Shown here in pieces: positions 9,272 to 17,489 of a DNA stretch of 64,000 nt. The DNA is taken from assembly GCA_016932785.1 (NCBI GenBank), contig JAFGCJ010000002.1, forward strand, positions 81,777-145,776. The letters are read 5' to 3'. Below the pieces are notes generated by a model. It ran no database searches and was not told where the DNA came from. It saw only the letters and a list, made by a program, of their open reading frames with translations. The DNA is from Candidatus Dojkabacteria bacterium. GTDB lineage: Bacteria; Patescibacteriota; Dojkabacteria; SC72; JAFGCJ01. The stretch's first letter is position 1; every line of letters begins with the position of its first letter. A program made the translations under genes and the position numbers.

Positions 9272-10682
9272 CTTTTATAAATATCTTAATTAATCTAGAG
9301 CGGAATATTTTAACTAGAAAGTATATCGCTACAGATAAAAATGCTGTTGCTAAAGAAAGAAGAGCCCACTTTCTGTGTTTGTATATACCTACCTTGTTTT
9401 TAGGCGCTTTATTGTTGTCGCGTTCATTAATAATATTTATTCTTTCTTTTAGAAATCTAGTGGTTTTAATGTCAGGAAGATGTGAAAAAATGCTGTTTAT
9501 TTGTTTGATAATAATTGAGTCTGGATTTCGTGGAGGGTTTTCCAGATATTTCTTATACATCTGTACGGTTTTTTGACGGACATTCGACCAATCGTATTCC
9601 GACATTTTCTGCCGAGCGTTTTGGCAGATTGTCTCATAATTTTTTTGATCTAGATTACAAATATTTTGGACTTCTCTTGCAAATTCTTCAGGACTGGAAT
9701 CTTTTGGCAAATTTTTTCCGACACTGTCATCGATAAATTCATCTACGGTTTGGTTAGAAATTCCAACAACAGGAGTTCCAGATGCCATCGCCTCCATTAT
9801 GACAAGGCTTTGTAGCTCAGCGGTTGATGCTGATACAAAGATGTGAGTCTGCCCAAGAACCTTGGGGATTTCTTCACTCGGAAGTGCTCCCGGAATATTG
9901 TAATTTGTTATTTCTCCTTTATCCAAAATACCATGTATTCTGTTTGAGTAGACAGGATCGACTTCGTCGCCTACTAGATTAAGGTGGTAATTTAAAGGAA
10001 GTTCAGTTATCACCTCGGCAAGAAAAGCTTGGTTTTTTCTCTTCTCAATTGATCCCACAAATGTAAGTATTTTCAGTTCTTGAGTTATATCAGTGAAAGG
10101 TTGGCTTGTGAATAACTCCAGCTTTCTTCCATTCGGAACTTTTTCGATTGGACCCTTATATCCCGCCTTCCGCAGATCTTGAGCGGCGTTCTCGTTGAGA
10201 GCTATGATAGCAGTACAGTCGTTATAAAAAGGTAGGATATATCTTTTTACTGCAATTTTTACTAACGGGACAGTAAATCCCCCTGTGGTTTCTAGTTGTC
10301 CCCATTCTTCCAGTTTTGAAGGTAGTGAATGGACCGTTAGAAAATACGGAGTTCTCGTCTTTATTGCCCAGACGAAAACTACGAGAGCAATGTCGATGTA
10401 ACTATGTGAGTGAACAACATCTGGGGAAAATTCCTCAACAAAATGCAGGATGCCGTCGACTCCATCTGTTGATAGTTTATTGAAATTCAGGTGACTTATG
10501 CCGACGCTCTTTACTGTATAGTGAGTAAGGCCGTCTTCATCTATCCATTTTCTGTTCTCTTTACCTGGGTGAAGAATTGCGGTTTCGTGCACCTTAGAGA
10601 ATTCCTGGGCGAGTTCGTAAGCAACAATGGCTGCTCCGTTTGGGATGTCTTCTCTATAGTTTGTGATAAATAGTACCTTCAT
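9243..10682 (-). CDS. GT4-family (GT-B) glycosyltransferase with C-terminal extension and TM helix
   Basis: MKVLFITNY start (ATG 10682; the ORF is open to 10718). C-terminal GT-B motif FVSASTAELQSLVIMEAMASGTPVV (E-x7-E). A predicted TM helix (ALLSLATAFLSVAIYFLV) lies near the C-terminus. Confidence 0.8.
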   Translation of the reverse strand: MKVLFITNYREDIPNGAAIVAYELAQEFSKVHETAILHPGKENRKWIDEDGLTHYTVKSVGISHLNFNKLSTDGVDGILHFVEEFSPDVVHSHSYIDIALVVFVWAIKTRTPYFLTVHSLPSKLEEWGQLETTGGFTVPLVKIAVKRYILPFYNDCTAIIALNENAAQDLRKAGYKGPIEKVPNGRKLELFTSQPFTDITQELKILTFVGSIEKRKNQAFLAEVITELPLNYHLNLVGDEVDPVYSNRIHGILDKGEITNYNIPGALPSEEIPKVLGQTHIFVSASTAELQSLVIMEAMASGTPVVGISNQTVDEFIDDSVGKNLPKDSSPEEFAREVQNICNLDQKNYETICQNARQKMSEYDWSNVRQKTVQMYKKYLENPPRNPDSIIIKQINSIFSHLPDIKTTRFLKERINIINERDNNKAPKNKVGIYKHRKWALLSLATAFLSVAIYFLVKIFRSRLIKIFIKDEKRSTKKK

Positions 10683-10704
10683 CAGGGAAAGGTTATCAGC
10701 AAAT

Positions 10705-11472
10705 CTAATTACGGTCAATTATATAATCGCGGTCTTTTATTCTTCTCTTATATATTTTGCGATGAAGAGAAGTAACATTTAGTGTTTCGAAAAGAAACGT
10801 GAGACCTGCAATAAAAATGTATCGATAAAATCCTACTGCCTTGATTCGCCTGTTAGAGCTCCAAACGAGTATCGGAAGGCGTCCATATTTTCCATATTTC
10901 CCTGCTCTTTTACCAAAATCGAAATCTTCAGCGATCTCTACTTTTTCATTGAAGCCTTTGATTTTCTTGAAAAGGTCTGCCCTAACAAATAGACAGTTAC
11001 CATTGGTGATTCGGTAGAACATACTGGCGGTGGTTATTATGACTGTAAATATTGCATTGAAAATAAAGAATCTTAACGTCTCATACATTCTTGCAAGTAG
11101 ATTAAGCCCTTCAAGATTATAGCTGTAGCGATAAGCAAATACGCCGTAATCCAAGCTTCTTTTGTCTATAAGTTTCAATGCCCTTTCAATAGCATCAGGG
11201 CCAAAAGTGTCATCTGCGTCAAAAAAGAATAAAATTTTCCCCCTTGCTATTCTAGCTCCGTTGTTTCTTGCCTGAGCATATAATCCTCCCTTGCATATTT
11301 TGGCGTTATATTTCTGAGCGATCTGGGTTGTCTTGTCATTTGTTTCAGGGGAGATAGCAACTATGACCTCATAGTTTTGGTAGGTCTGATTTTTAATACA
11401 TTCAAGTATTTTGGGTAGGTATTTCTCTTCGTTGAGAGCCGGTATTATTATTGAGACAAGTTTGTCCTTCAT
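10705..11472 (-). CDS. Family-2 glycosyltransferase
   Basis: VSIIIPALNEEKYLPKILECIKNQTY and FFFDADD (DxD). ATG 11472 is preferred over the upstream TTG at 11511. Confidence 0.8.
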   Translation of the reverse strand: MKDKLVSIIIPALNEEKYLPKILECIKNQTYQNYEVIVAISPETNDKTTQIAQKYNAKICKGGLYAQARNNGARIARGKILFFFDADDTFGPDAIERALKLIDKRSLDYGVFAYRYSYNLEGLNLLARMYETLRFFIFNAIFTVIITTASMFYRITNGNCLFVRADLFKKIKGFNEKVEIAEDFDFGKRAGKYGKYGRLPILVWSSNRRIKAVGFYRYIFIAGLTFLFETLNVTSLHRKIYKRRIKDRDYIIDRN

Positions 11473-11631
11473 GCTTTTTTTAGTAAAGTGGAAACTGGAT
11501 AATTGTATCAAAGACAGAGTTTAAGTTGTAGTGTCGGTCGGCTCTAACGGCAAAATCAGTTTAAAGGTTGATAACAAACCCAAAATTATGTATTCTGTAA
11601 TAGTAGAATATTTGATGAATAATTACTGCCG

Positions 11632-12267
11632 ATGAAAAACTACCTGAAAGCGGTAATGGTTTTCTTGTTTGCCGTTGTCGCTGTATCTGGAATAGTCTAC
11701 CTGTTTCAGGTCGCAAAGCCCACTACAAAGGATGATGAAGAAGAAGTACTTCAGGCCGATGTAGAGATAAGAGCCTTCATAAGGATGCAGGAAATTGTGT
11801 TTAGGGTTCATCCTGAGAAAAGGCATCCTGATCTTCATCACTGGAGTACCTATGCTGATTTCACAATAGAAAACCCTTCCGATGGTAGCACGGTATATCA
11901 TTGGGATGCCGTTCTTACTGACCATACGAATGGCGATGGTCGGATTGAACTTGATCCCACTGAGGTAGTTAACTCCGGTGTATATAACATTCTAATTAAA
12001 GGACGATCTCACCTGAGTAAAAGATATGAAGGAATTGTTCTTGAAGATATTTCCGAAACTCTCGACTTTACTCCGTACGGAGATATTCTTGCTGGCGATA
12101 CCCATAATTCCCGCGATGACTTCATTAATTCTCTGGATATCTCTACTCTGATTATTCAGCTTGGAACCGGTAATTATGTGTGTGATCTAAATCAGGACTC
12201 GCAGGTTAATTCGCTTGACCTTTCTAACCAAGTATATAATATTGGAAAAGCAGGTGATACTCTCTAA
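11632..12267 (+). CDS. Secreted protein with C-terminal dockerin-like duplicated Ca-binding repeats
   Basis: N-terminal signal/anchor (VMVFLFAVVAVSGIVYLF). The C-terminus carries two EF-hand-like dockerin repeats: GDTHNSRDDFINSLDISTLIIQL and CDLNQDSQVNSLDLSNQVYNI (D.N.D..vN..D). Confidence 0.55.
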   Translation: MKNYLKAVMVFLFAVVAVSGIVYLFQVAKPTTKDDEEEVLQADVEIRAFIRMQEIVFRVHPEKRHPDLHHWSTYADFTIENPSDGSTVYHWDAVLTDHTNGDGRIELDPTEVVNSGVYNILIKGRSHLSKRYEGIVLEDISETLDFTPYGDILAGDTHNSRDDFINSLDISTLIIQLGTGNYVCDLNQDSQVNSLDLSNQVYNIGKAGDTL

Positions 12268-14518
12268 TTACAAAACAAAACTTAAGAATATTGCGATTTC
12301 TTCTTTGGTCATAGTTTTTTCTGTACTCTTTTTGGTCCCTGCCAATGTAAAAGCCCAGACGACTAATGCTAGATTTTCCTTTTCTCCTTCTTCTGATACT
12401 TTTAGGATGGGTTGTGAATACACTGTTAGCATAATGGTTGATCCTGGTTCGAATTCATCAAATGCTGCAAATATTATCATCTATTATGACCCTTCTGATA
12501 TTGAGATTTTAGACGAAAATACTTCTGTGACTGGGGTTCAGATCGGTACAGGAGATGCTTATGAAGCTTATGCTGAAAACATTGTTAGTACAAGTGCTGG
12601 AACGATAAAGCTTACTGGTTTCTCGATCATGTCTCAGCTAACGGAATCCAGGGTATTTGGAACTATCAGATTTCGTTCTCTAACGGGAGTTACAAACACT
12701 TCCATGTCGATTCAGTTTACAGGGGTAGGTAACACTTTGGACAGCAATATTGCGGAAACATACACGAGTGACGATATTCTTGGTTCTGTAGGTTCCGCTT
12801 CATATTCTTTTGAATCAGGGCCTTGCTTTGATGACAATAGAGCTCCGTCTATAACTCCTGTTGATCCAGTTCACTACCAGCCGGACGTTCCTCTTGATTC
12901 AAATATTGAAGTAACCATTTGTGATAATCAGCCTTATGACACCGGAGTTGATATTGAGACGGTAGAAATCGTTGTAAATGGTGTTACTTATACTTATGAG
13001 GATACCGCTTTCTTCACGTATACCGGGGATCCGTCGTGTTATAACATCACGATAGATCCCGAAAGTGATTTTCCAGAGGATGAGGCTGTTTCGGTTGTAT
13101 ATATAGCAAGCGATTTTGCTGGAAATACTGCCTCAAGGACAATTATTTTTAACGTTCCCGAAGGAGATGAAGAGACTGCTGAGTATATAAGGGAAATAAT
13201 TAGAGAACTTGAGGAGTGTCAGGATCAGGAATGTAATTGTGCCGTAGAACTTCCAGATACAGCCATATTGGAAGAAAACCCCGCGCTTACAAGTGCTTTA
13301 GTTAGCATACCTACTGTTGCGAGTTTCCTTTCGCTTCTTCCAGCAATAGGTTTCTCTTTTCTTGAGCTGCCATACTATATAATGCAACTGATTTCATGGA
13401 TTTTGAATCTTCTTGGACTTGCAAAGAAAGGTAGGCCTTGGGGAATTGTTTATGACTCTATTACTAAATCACCTGTATCAAGAGCTGTTGTACGTCTCTT
13501 TTCTGAAGGTCAGTTAATCGAGTCAAAGGTTACAGATGTTAATGGTGTCTTTTCTCTTTCTCCTATCAAGGGCGTTTACACGCTGATGGTAAGCAAACGA
13601 GGATATGTTTTCCCAAGTACCGTTGTTGTTGGTGATAATGACGGGCCAAGATTGAATGTTTATCGTGGGGGGCCTTACACTGTCGAATCTGATAAAGAGG
13701 CCGTTAAGCTTAGTATACCAATGGATCCGAAGAAGGTATCAATGTCTACACTGAGGTTTAGGAGAATGTGGTCGAAGTTTACGTCATTTATGGCTGCTAT
13801 AAATCCGATACTAATGGTCCTCGGTTTGATTCTATCTCTTGTGGTTTACATTTTAATAGGAGGTACATTTAATCTCGTACTTGCCATTTTGAACACGATA
13901 ATGCTTGTCATAGAGGTTATTAGGAGATATGTTTCAAAGGAAAAATGGGGAATTGTTGTTGATTCCACAGGAAGACCTTTATCAAATGTGAAAATAGGTC
14001 TGTATGACAGAATTTATAATAAACTTGTTGATGTTAGAGTTACTGATGATAAAGGAATGTATAGATTCGTTGTTCCTGGTGATTTGTATTTTATTAAACC
14101 TGCAACATCAAATTATGTAATAGATGAGCCGGGTCTTGACAGAGGATATCCTGTCGGAAAGAAAGCTGTAGGAAGTATTGTGATTACCCATAAACTTGTT
14201 CTGCGTGAGAATAAGGAGCCTATTAGCGATGTAGAAAAAGATACTGGACCTGATCAGAGGCCTCCTGAACCTTCCGGTACTCTGCCTGAACAGACACCTC
14301 TTGATTCTGCAAAGAAAAAGGGAATTATCAGACCTGAGGATGTTAAACAGCCGTCTCAAAAATCACATGCTGTACCAGCTCAATCTGTGGCTTCAGATAA
14401 AAAAGCGAACTTAGAAAAGAAGGCTGAAGGAGGTGTTGAGAGACCTGGTTCTATTCAAGAAAAACCCCGAACTTCAGATTCTTCAAATCCTCTTGCATCT
14501 GAGGATCTTATGGGTTAG
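12254..14518 (+). CDS. Membrane-embedded surface protein: cohesin-like N-terminal domain, Ig-like region, TM helices, two carboxypeptidase-regulatory-like domains, disordered tail
   Basis: GTG 12254 after GGAAAAG gives a clean signal peptide (NIAISSLVIVFSVLFLVPANVKA). Cohesin-like segment: FSFSPSSDTF..CEYTVSIMVDPGSNSSNAANIIIYYDPSDIEILD...GTIKLTGFS...FGTIRFRSL. CarboxypepD_reg-like segments: GIVYDSITKSPVSRAVVRLF..VTDVNGVFSL and GIVVDSTGRPLSNVKIGLY..VTDDKGMYRF. The ORF is also open from ATG 12215. Confidence 0.55.
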   Translation: MILSNYKTKLKNIAISSLVIVFSVLFLVPANVKAQTTNARFSFSPSSDTFRMGCEYTVSIMVDPGSNSSNAANIIIYYDPSDIEILDENTSVTGVQIGTGDAYEAYAENIVSTSAGTIKLTGFSIMSQLTESRVFGTIRFRSLTGVTNTSMSIQFTGVGNTLDSNIAETYTSDDILGSVGSASYSFESGPCFDDNRAPSITPVDPVHYQPDVPLDSNIEVTICDNQPYDTGVDIETVEIVVNGVTYTYEDTAFFTYTGDPSCYNITIDPESDFPEDEAVSVVYIASDFAGNTASRTIIFNVPEGDEETAEYIREIIRELEECQDQECNCAVELPDTAILEENPALTSALVSIPTVASFLSLLPAIGFSFLELPYYIMQLISWILNLLGLAKKGRPWGIVYDSITKSPVSRAVVRLFSEGQLIESKVTDVNGVFSLSPIKGVYTLMVSKRGYVFPSTVVVGDNDGPRLNVYRGGPYTVESDKEAVKLSIPMDPKKVSMSTLRFRRMWSKFTSFMAAINPILMVLGLILSLVVYILIGGTFNLVLAILNTIMLVIEVIRRYVSKEKWGIVVDSTGRPLSNVKIGLYDRIYNKLVDVRVTDDKGMYRFVVPGDLYFIKPATSNYVIDEPGLDRGYPVGKKAVGSIVITHKLVLRENKEPISDVEKDTGPDQRPPEPSGTLPEQTPLDSAKKKGIIRPEDVKQPSQKSHAVPAQSVASDKKANLEKKAEGGVERPGSIQEKPRTSDSSNPLASEDLMG

Positions 14519-14533
14519 TTATATCTTTGTTGT

Positions 14534-15829
14534 CTAGCATTTGGCTATTGGGATCTCATCCCATCTTGTGGTATATCTGGGGGTTCTTTTTTCCATTTTC
14601 GTTTTCCATTCCTGTTTGATTCCTTCTGCCGCTGTTTTAATTGTGGCTCTACCCCATCTGAGATTAAGTCGATCTATTGTTTCCATAATTTTTTTGTTGG
14701 TATGGTAGGTGTTTTCTGAACAGGGAGTAAGCAGATTCTTTTGGGTGGAGTCTGAGGGTATAGTTTGAGGTATCATGACCCCGGCTTTTTTGTATAGATA
14801 TCCTGGTTTGAATATTTTTTCTAGTGCTTTGTGTGAGTATTCAATTAACTTTGGGGTGTAATCTGTAGCCTCAGAGAGTGATACAGTCGCCGAGTTCGAA
14901 TATTGAGGGGAATTATTGAATCTGTTTGTCGTTATAAATACGGATATCTGTGCTGCAGAAGAATTTTGTGACCGGAGTTTCTCTGCTGCAATGGTGGTAT
15001 GTTTTGCGACGGATTCTTTTAACTCGTTAAGCGTTTCTACTGGATGACTAAATGATCTAGAACTGAGTATGCCCTTGCGTGGTTGGGTATCATCCTCTAA
15101 ATTAATGCAGGAGATCCCTCTTAGCTCCCATATTGTCCTGAGTCCTGAGATGGTCATGTGTTTTTGAATCCATTTATCTGAGGCATTTTTGAGTTGCATT
15201 GCGGTATGAATATTGTGGGATTGAAGAAACTTAGCATATTTCCTCCCTATTCCCCATATATCCGAAACACTAAGCTGATTAAGTAACTCATTGATTTTTG
15301 GGTGATCGGTAAGATCGAGTATGCCATTTAGTTCTGGAATTTTCTTGGCAAGTTTGTTGGCGGCCTTGGCGAGGGTTTTGGTGGGTGCAATTCCTATAGA
15401 AATTGGGATCCCAGTCCATTGACGAACTGTCTCTCTTATATGAGTGCAGTACCTGGTTGAGGTGTCGAGCTTCAGATTTATTAATGATAGAAATGCTTCA
15501 TCTATAGAATAAATTTCTACTTCTGGGGAAAATCTGTGTAGAATTCTCATTACTCTATTCGACATATCTCCGTACAGAGTAAAATTGGACGAGAAAACAT
15601 AAACATTGTGCTTGTCTATATGGGCCTGAGTTTTAAATAAAGGAGCACCCATCTGTATTCCAAGCTCTTTAGCTTCCTGGGAACGGGCTATTATTATTCC
15701 ATCATTATTTGAAAGAACGACAATAGGTTTATTTCTCAAATTTGGGTTAAAAACTCTTTCACATGAGGCATAAAAGTTGTTACAGTCGACGAGTGCGAAT
15801 AGCCTTGTTTTAAGCTTACTGTTATCCAT
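14534..15829 (-). CDS. umuC: Y-family translesion DNA polymerase (Pol V catalytic subunit-like)
   Basis: FALVDCNNFYASCERVFNPNLRNKPIVVLSNNDG, YSIDEAFLSL and a C-terminal little-finger region. It lies directly downstream of umuD. Confidence 0.85.
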   Translation of the reverse strand: MDNSKLKTRLFALVDCNNFYASCERVFNPNLRNKPIVVLSNNDGIIIARSQEAKELGIQMGAPLFKTQAHIDKHNVYVFSSNFTLYGDMSNRVMRILHRFSPEVEIYSIDEAFLSLINLKLDTSTRYCTHIRETVRQWTGIPISIGIAPTKTLAKAANKLAKKIPELNGILDLTDHPKINELLNQLSVSDIWGIGRKYAKFLQSHNIHTAMQLKNASDKWIQKHMTISGLRTIWELRGISCINLEDDTQPRKGILSSRSFSHPVETLNELKESVAKHTTIAAEKLRSQNSSAAQISVFITTNRFNNSPQYSNSATVSLSEATDYTPKLIEYSHKALEKIFKPGYLYKKAGVMIPQTIPSDSTQKNLLTPCSENTYHTNKKIMETIDRLNLRWGRATIKTAAEGIKQEWKTKMEKRTPRYTTRWDEIPIAKC

Positions 15830-15835
15830 TCTGCT

Positions 15836-16252
15836 CTAGTCAGTTTTATCAGTAAATGTGTGTATTACATGTACCACTACACCCCAGATTTCGACTTCTG
15901 TACTGTCGGTTATTTGGGTGGGCTTGTATTTTGGATTTTGTGGTTCAAGGAATAGTGCATTATCTTTTTTATGCAATCTCTTAACAGTAAATTCTCCGTC
16001 TACGCATGCTATTACAATAGAATTATTTTGGGGCTGAAGTGACCGATCGACTACGAGTAAATCTCCTGGATGAATACCTGCATTTATCATTGAATAACCC
16101 TCTGCTCTAACAAAGAACGTTGCGTCGGGGTGTTTTATTAATAGTTCGCTTATGTCCAGCGACTTGTCGATGAAGTCGTCTGCGGGACTGGGGAAGCCTG
16201 CGGATACCGGAGACGAATATAAATATTGTTTTAATACTATATTAGAGGTCAA
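15836..16252 (-). CDS. umuD: UmuD-like S24 self-cleaving accessory protein
   Basis: TTG start. VSA|GFPSPADDF matches the E. coli UmuD cleavage region (QCGFPSPA). GYSM provides the Ser and FTVKRL the Lys of the dyad. Confidence 0.85.
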   Translation of the reverse strand: MTSNIVLKQYLYSSPVSAGFPSPADDFIDKSLDISELLIKHPDATFFVRAEGYSMINAGIHPGDLLVVDRSLQPQNNSIVIACVDGEFTVKRLHKKDNALFLEPQNPKYKPTQITDSTEVEIWGVVVHVIHTFTDKTD

Positions 16253-16260
16253 ATCAAGAG

Positions 16261-16276
16261 CCGAATAAAAACCGAA
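16261..16276 (-). promoter_or_regulatory. Candidate LexA operator upstream of umuDC
   Basis: Minus strand reads TTCGGTTTTTATTCGG, 9 nt upstream of the umuD TTG and just downstream of an AT-rich -10-like stretch (CATTATTAAAAT). It is 14/16 identical to the lexA-promoter copy. Confidence 0.45.
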
Positions 16277-16303
16277 TATTTTAATAATGTATCATAAAAG
16301 AAT

Positions 16304-16342
16304 GCGCCTGGCAATGTGGCTCGTAAAAAGCCTGCCAGGCGC
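16304..16342 (-). terminator. Stem-loop terminator after the GNAT gene
   Basis: GCGCCTGGCA (16304-16313) and TGCCAGGCGC (16333-16342) form a perfect 10-bp GC-rich stem with a 19-nt loop. On the minus strand it is followed by ATTCTTTTAT. Confidence 0.55.
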
Positions 16343-16363
16343 TAATCTTGGTAAATTGTTCTG

Positions 16364-17029
16364 CTATATCTTTCTTTCAAGAGGTAGAAGATCAGGGATT
16401 ATCTTTGCTATCTCCTGTAGACGCTGATGTGATAATTGGACTGCTTCTGTAAACAACTCTGGTATGGGGTTCGGGTGAAAGATCATCTCTGCGTGGTAGG
16501 GATTTATCCATTGGAATATCCTGACATCCGCGAGATGACCGTCTCTGAACTCTGACTGGTGAAGTCTGCCGACTTCTACGTATCCGTTCTTAAGGAGCGC
16601 TCTTGCTGAAGGTAGATTTGGTTCGTACACAGTTGCTGATAAAGTCCACAAGTTCCAAACAGTGGACGCATAATAAAGCAAAGCAGTGTGAGTAGTTGTT
16701 GCAACTCCTTGTCCCCACCACGCTGGATCGAATATTGCTATTCCTACTGTTCCCGAGCGGGCGGAATCGTCTATCGAGTTTATACTGATGCAGCCCTTTG
16801 CGTTCTCTTCCTGTCCGGGGACAATTGCCCATACTATTTCGTTTGTGCTTTTCTCTATTTTTTGGATCCAGTCCCTTTCGAATTCCTCAGATACACCACT
16901 TATGCTTCTTAGGTAGTGACGCACCTTGTATGAGGAAAAACCCTGTGCGAGTCCCAAAACATCTGAATCTCTGAATGGCCTCATTGTTATCTTAAGGTCG
17001 TTTTCAATTGTGAATTGTGCTCCAAACAT
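16364..17029 (-). CDS. GNAT N-acetyltransferase (RimJ/RimL-like, Acetyltransf_3)
   Basis: 221 aa. LKITMRPFRDSDV...VWAIV...IGIAIFDPAWWGQGVATTTHTALLYYA...ATVYEPNLPSARALLKNGY fits the RimJ/L-type acetyl-CoA-binding core. Confidence 0.8.
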   Translation of the reverse strand: MFGAQFTIENDLKITMRPFRDSDVLGLAQGFSSYKVRHYLRSISGVSEEFERDWIQKIEKSTNEIVWAIVPGQEENAKGCISINSIDDSARSGTVGIAIFDPAWWGQGVATTTHTALLYYASTVWNLWTLSATVYEPNLPSARALLKNGYVEVGRLHQSEFRDGHLADVRIFQWINPYHAEMIFHPNPIPELFTEAVQLSHQRLQEIAKIIPDLLPLERKI

Positions 17030-17077
17030 TTCTCATCGTCCTTTCTTTTTTCTAGATATAGTTTTTTAATGAACAAT

Positions 17078-17182
17078 CTGCCCGCCCGAGGATTTTTATG
17101 TACACAAAACCTCGTTTTATCTTATTAGGAGGCGCGATATGCGCATTTATCACCTCCTTCCTCCCTCAGACTTGGCGGGCAG
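17078..17182 (-). ncRNA. GC-rich three-way-junction structured element (unknown class) in the GNAT 5' region, containing a 9-codon mini-ORF
   Basis: Plus-strand coordinates. P1: CTGCCCGCC (17078-17086) / GGCGGGCAG (17174-17182). P3: CGAGG (17087-17091) / CCTCG (17110-17114). P2: AGGAGG (17127-17132) / CCTCCT (17153-17158), with an inner GCGC..GCGC hairpin. On the minus strand AAGGAGGTGATAAATG starts MRISRLLIR* (17117-17146). The strand assignment is inferred from the downstream gene. Confidence 0.3.
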
Positions 17183-17228
17183 GAAAAACCTCCAGAGATC
17201 ACGTCACTTGTTGATGGTTTGGGAAATT

Positions 17229-17250
17229 AAAAAACCTCCGTTCTGGAGGC
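17229..17250 (-). terminator. Intrinsic terminator of the orphan small transcription unit
   Basis: Minus strand: GCCTCC agaac GGAGG followed by TTTTTT (A-run 17229-17234 on the plus strand). Confidence 0.65.
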
Positions 17251-17280
17251 TTATCTTGACTAACAAATTCTGAAAAATGA

Positions 17281-17397
17281 CTATGCGTTAGCGTAATAAG
17301 CCACAAAATCTGGACCGGCCATACAATCCTCAAGGATCGAAGAAACCGTCCTAATAAATGAATCTTTAACTTTGTGGTTTATCGTTTTATACGTCAT
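17281..17397 (-). CDS. Hypothetical 38-aa protein (or the body of an sRNA)
   Basis: ATG 17397 to TAG 17281 encodes MTYKTINHKVKDSFIRTVSSILEDCMAGPDFVAYYANA. There is no SD. The ATG lies 9 nt after a consensus -10, so the mRNA would be near-leaderless. The same stretch can also fold (CCACAAA / TTTGTGG stem). Confidence 0.3.
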   Translation of the reverse strand: MTYKTINHKVKDSFIRTVSSILEDCMAGPDFVAYYANA

Positions 17398-17406
17398 AGC
17401 AGGCTG

Positions 17407-17436
17407 ATTATAGCAGAAATGCTGTTAAAAAGTCAA
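17407..17436 (-). promoter_or_regulatory. Near-consensus sigma-70-type promoter
   Basis: Minus strand: TTGACT (17436-17431), 18-nt spacer, TATAAT (17412-17407). Confidence 0.45.
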
Positions 17437-17489
17437 AATATGAATATTGAGAAGTATTGAGAGGTTGTGAAAATAAAGAAAAGCTTCTT

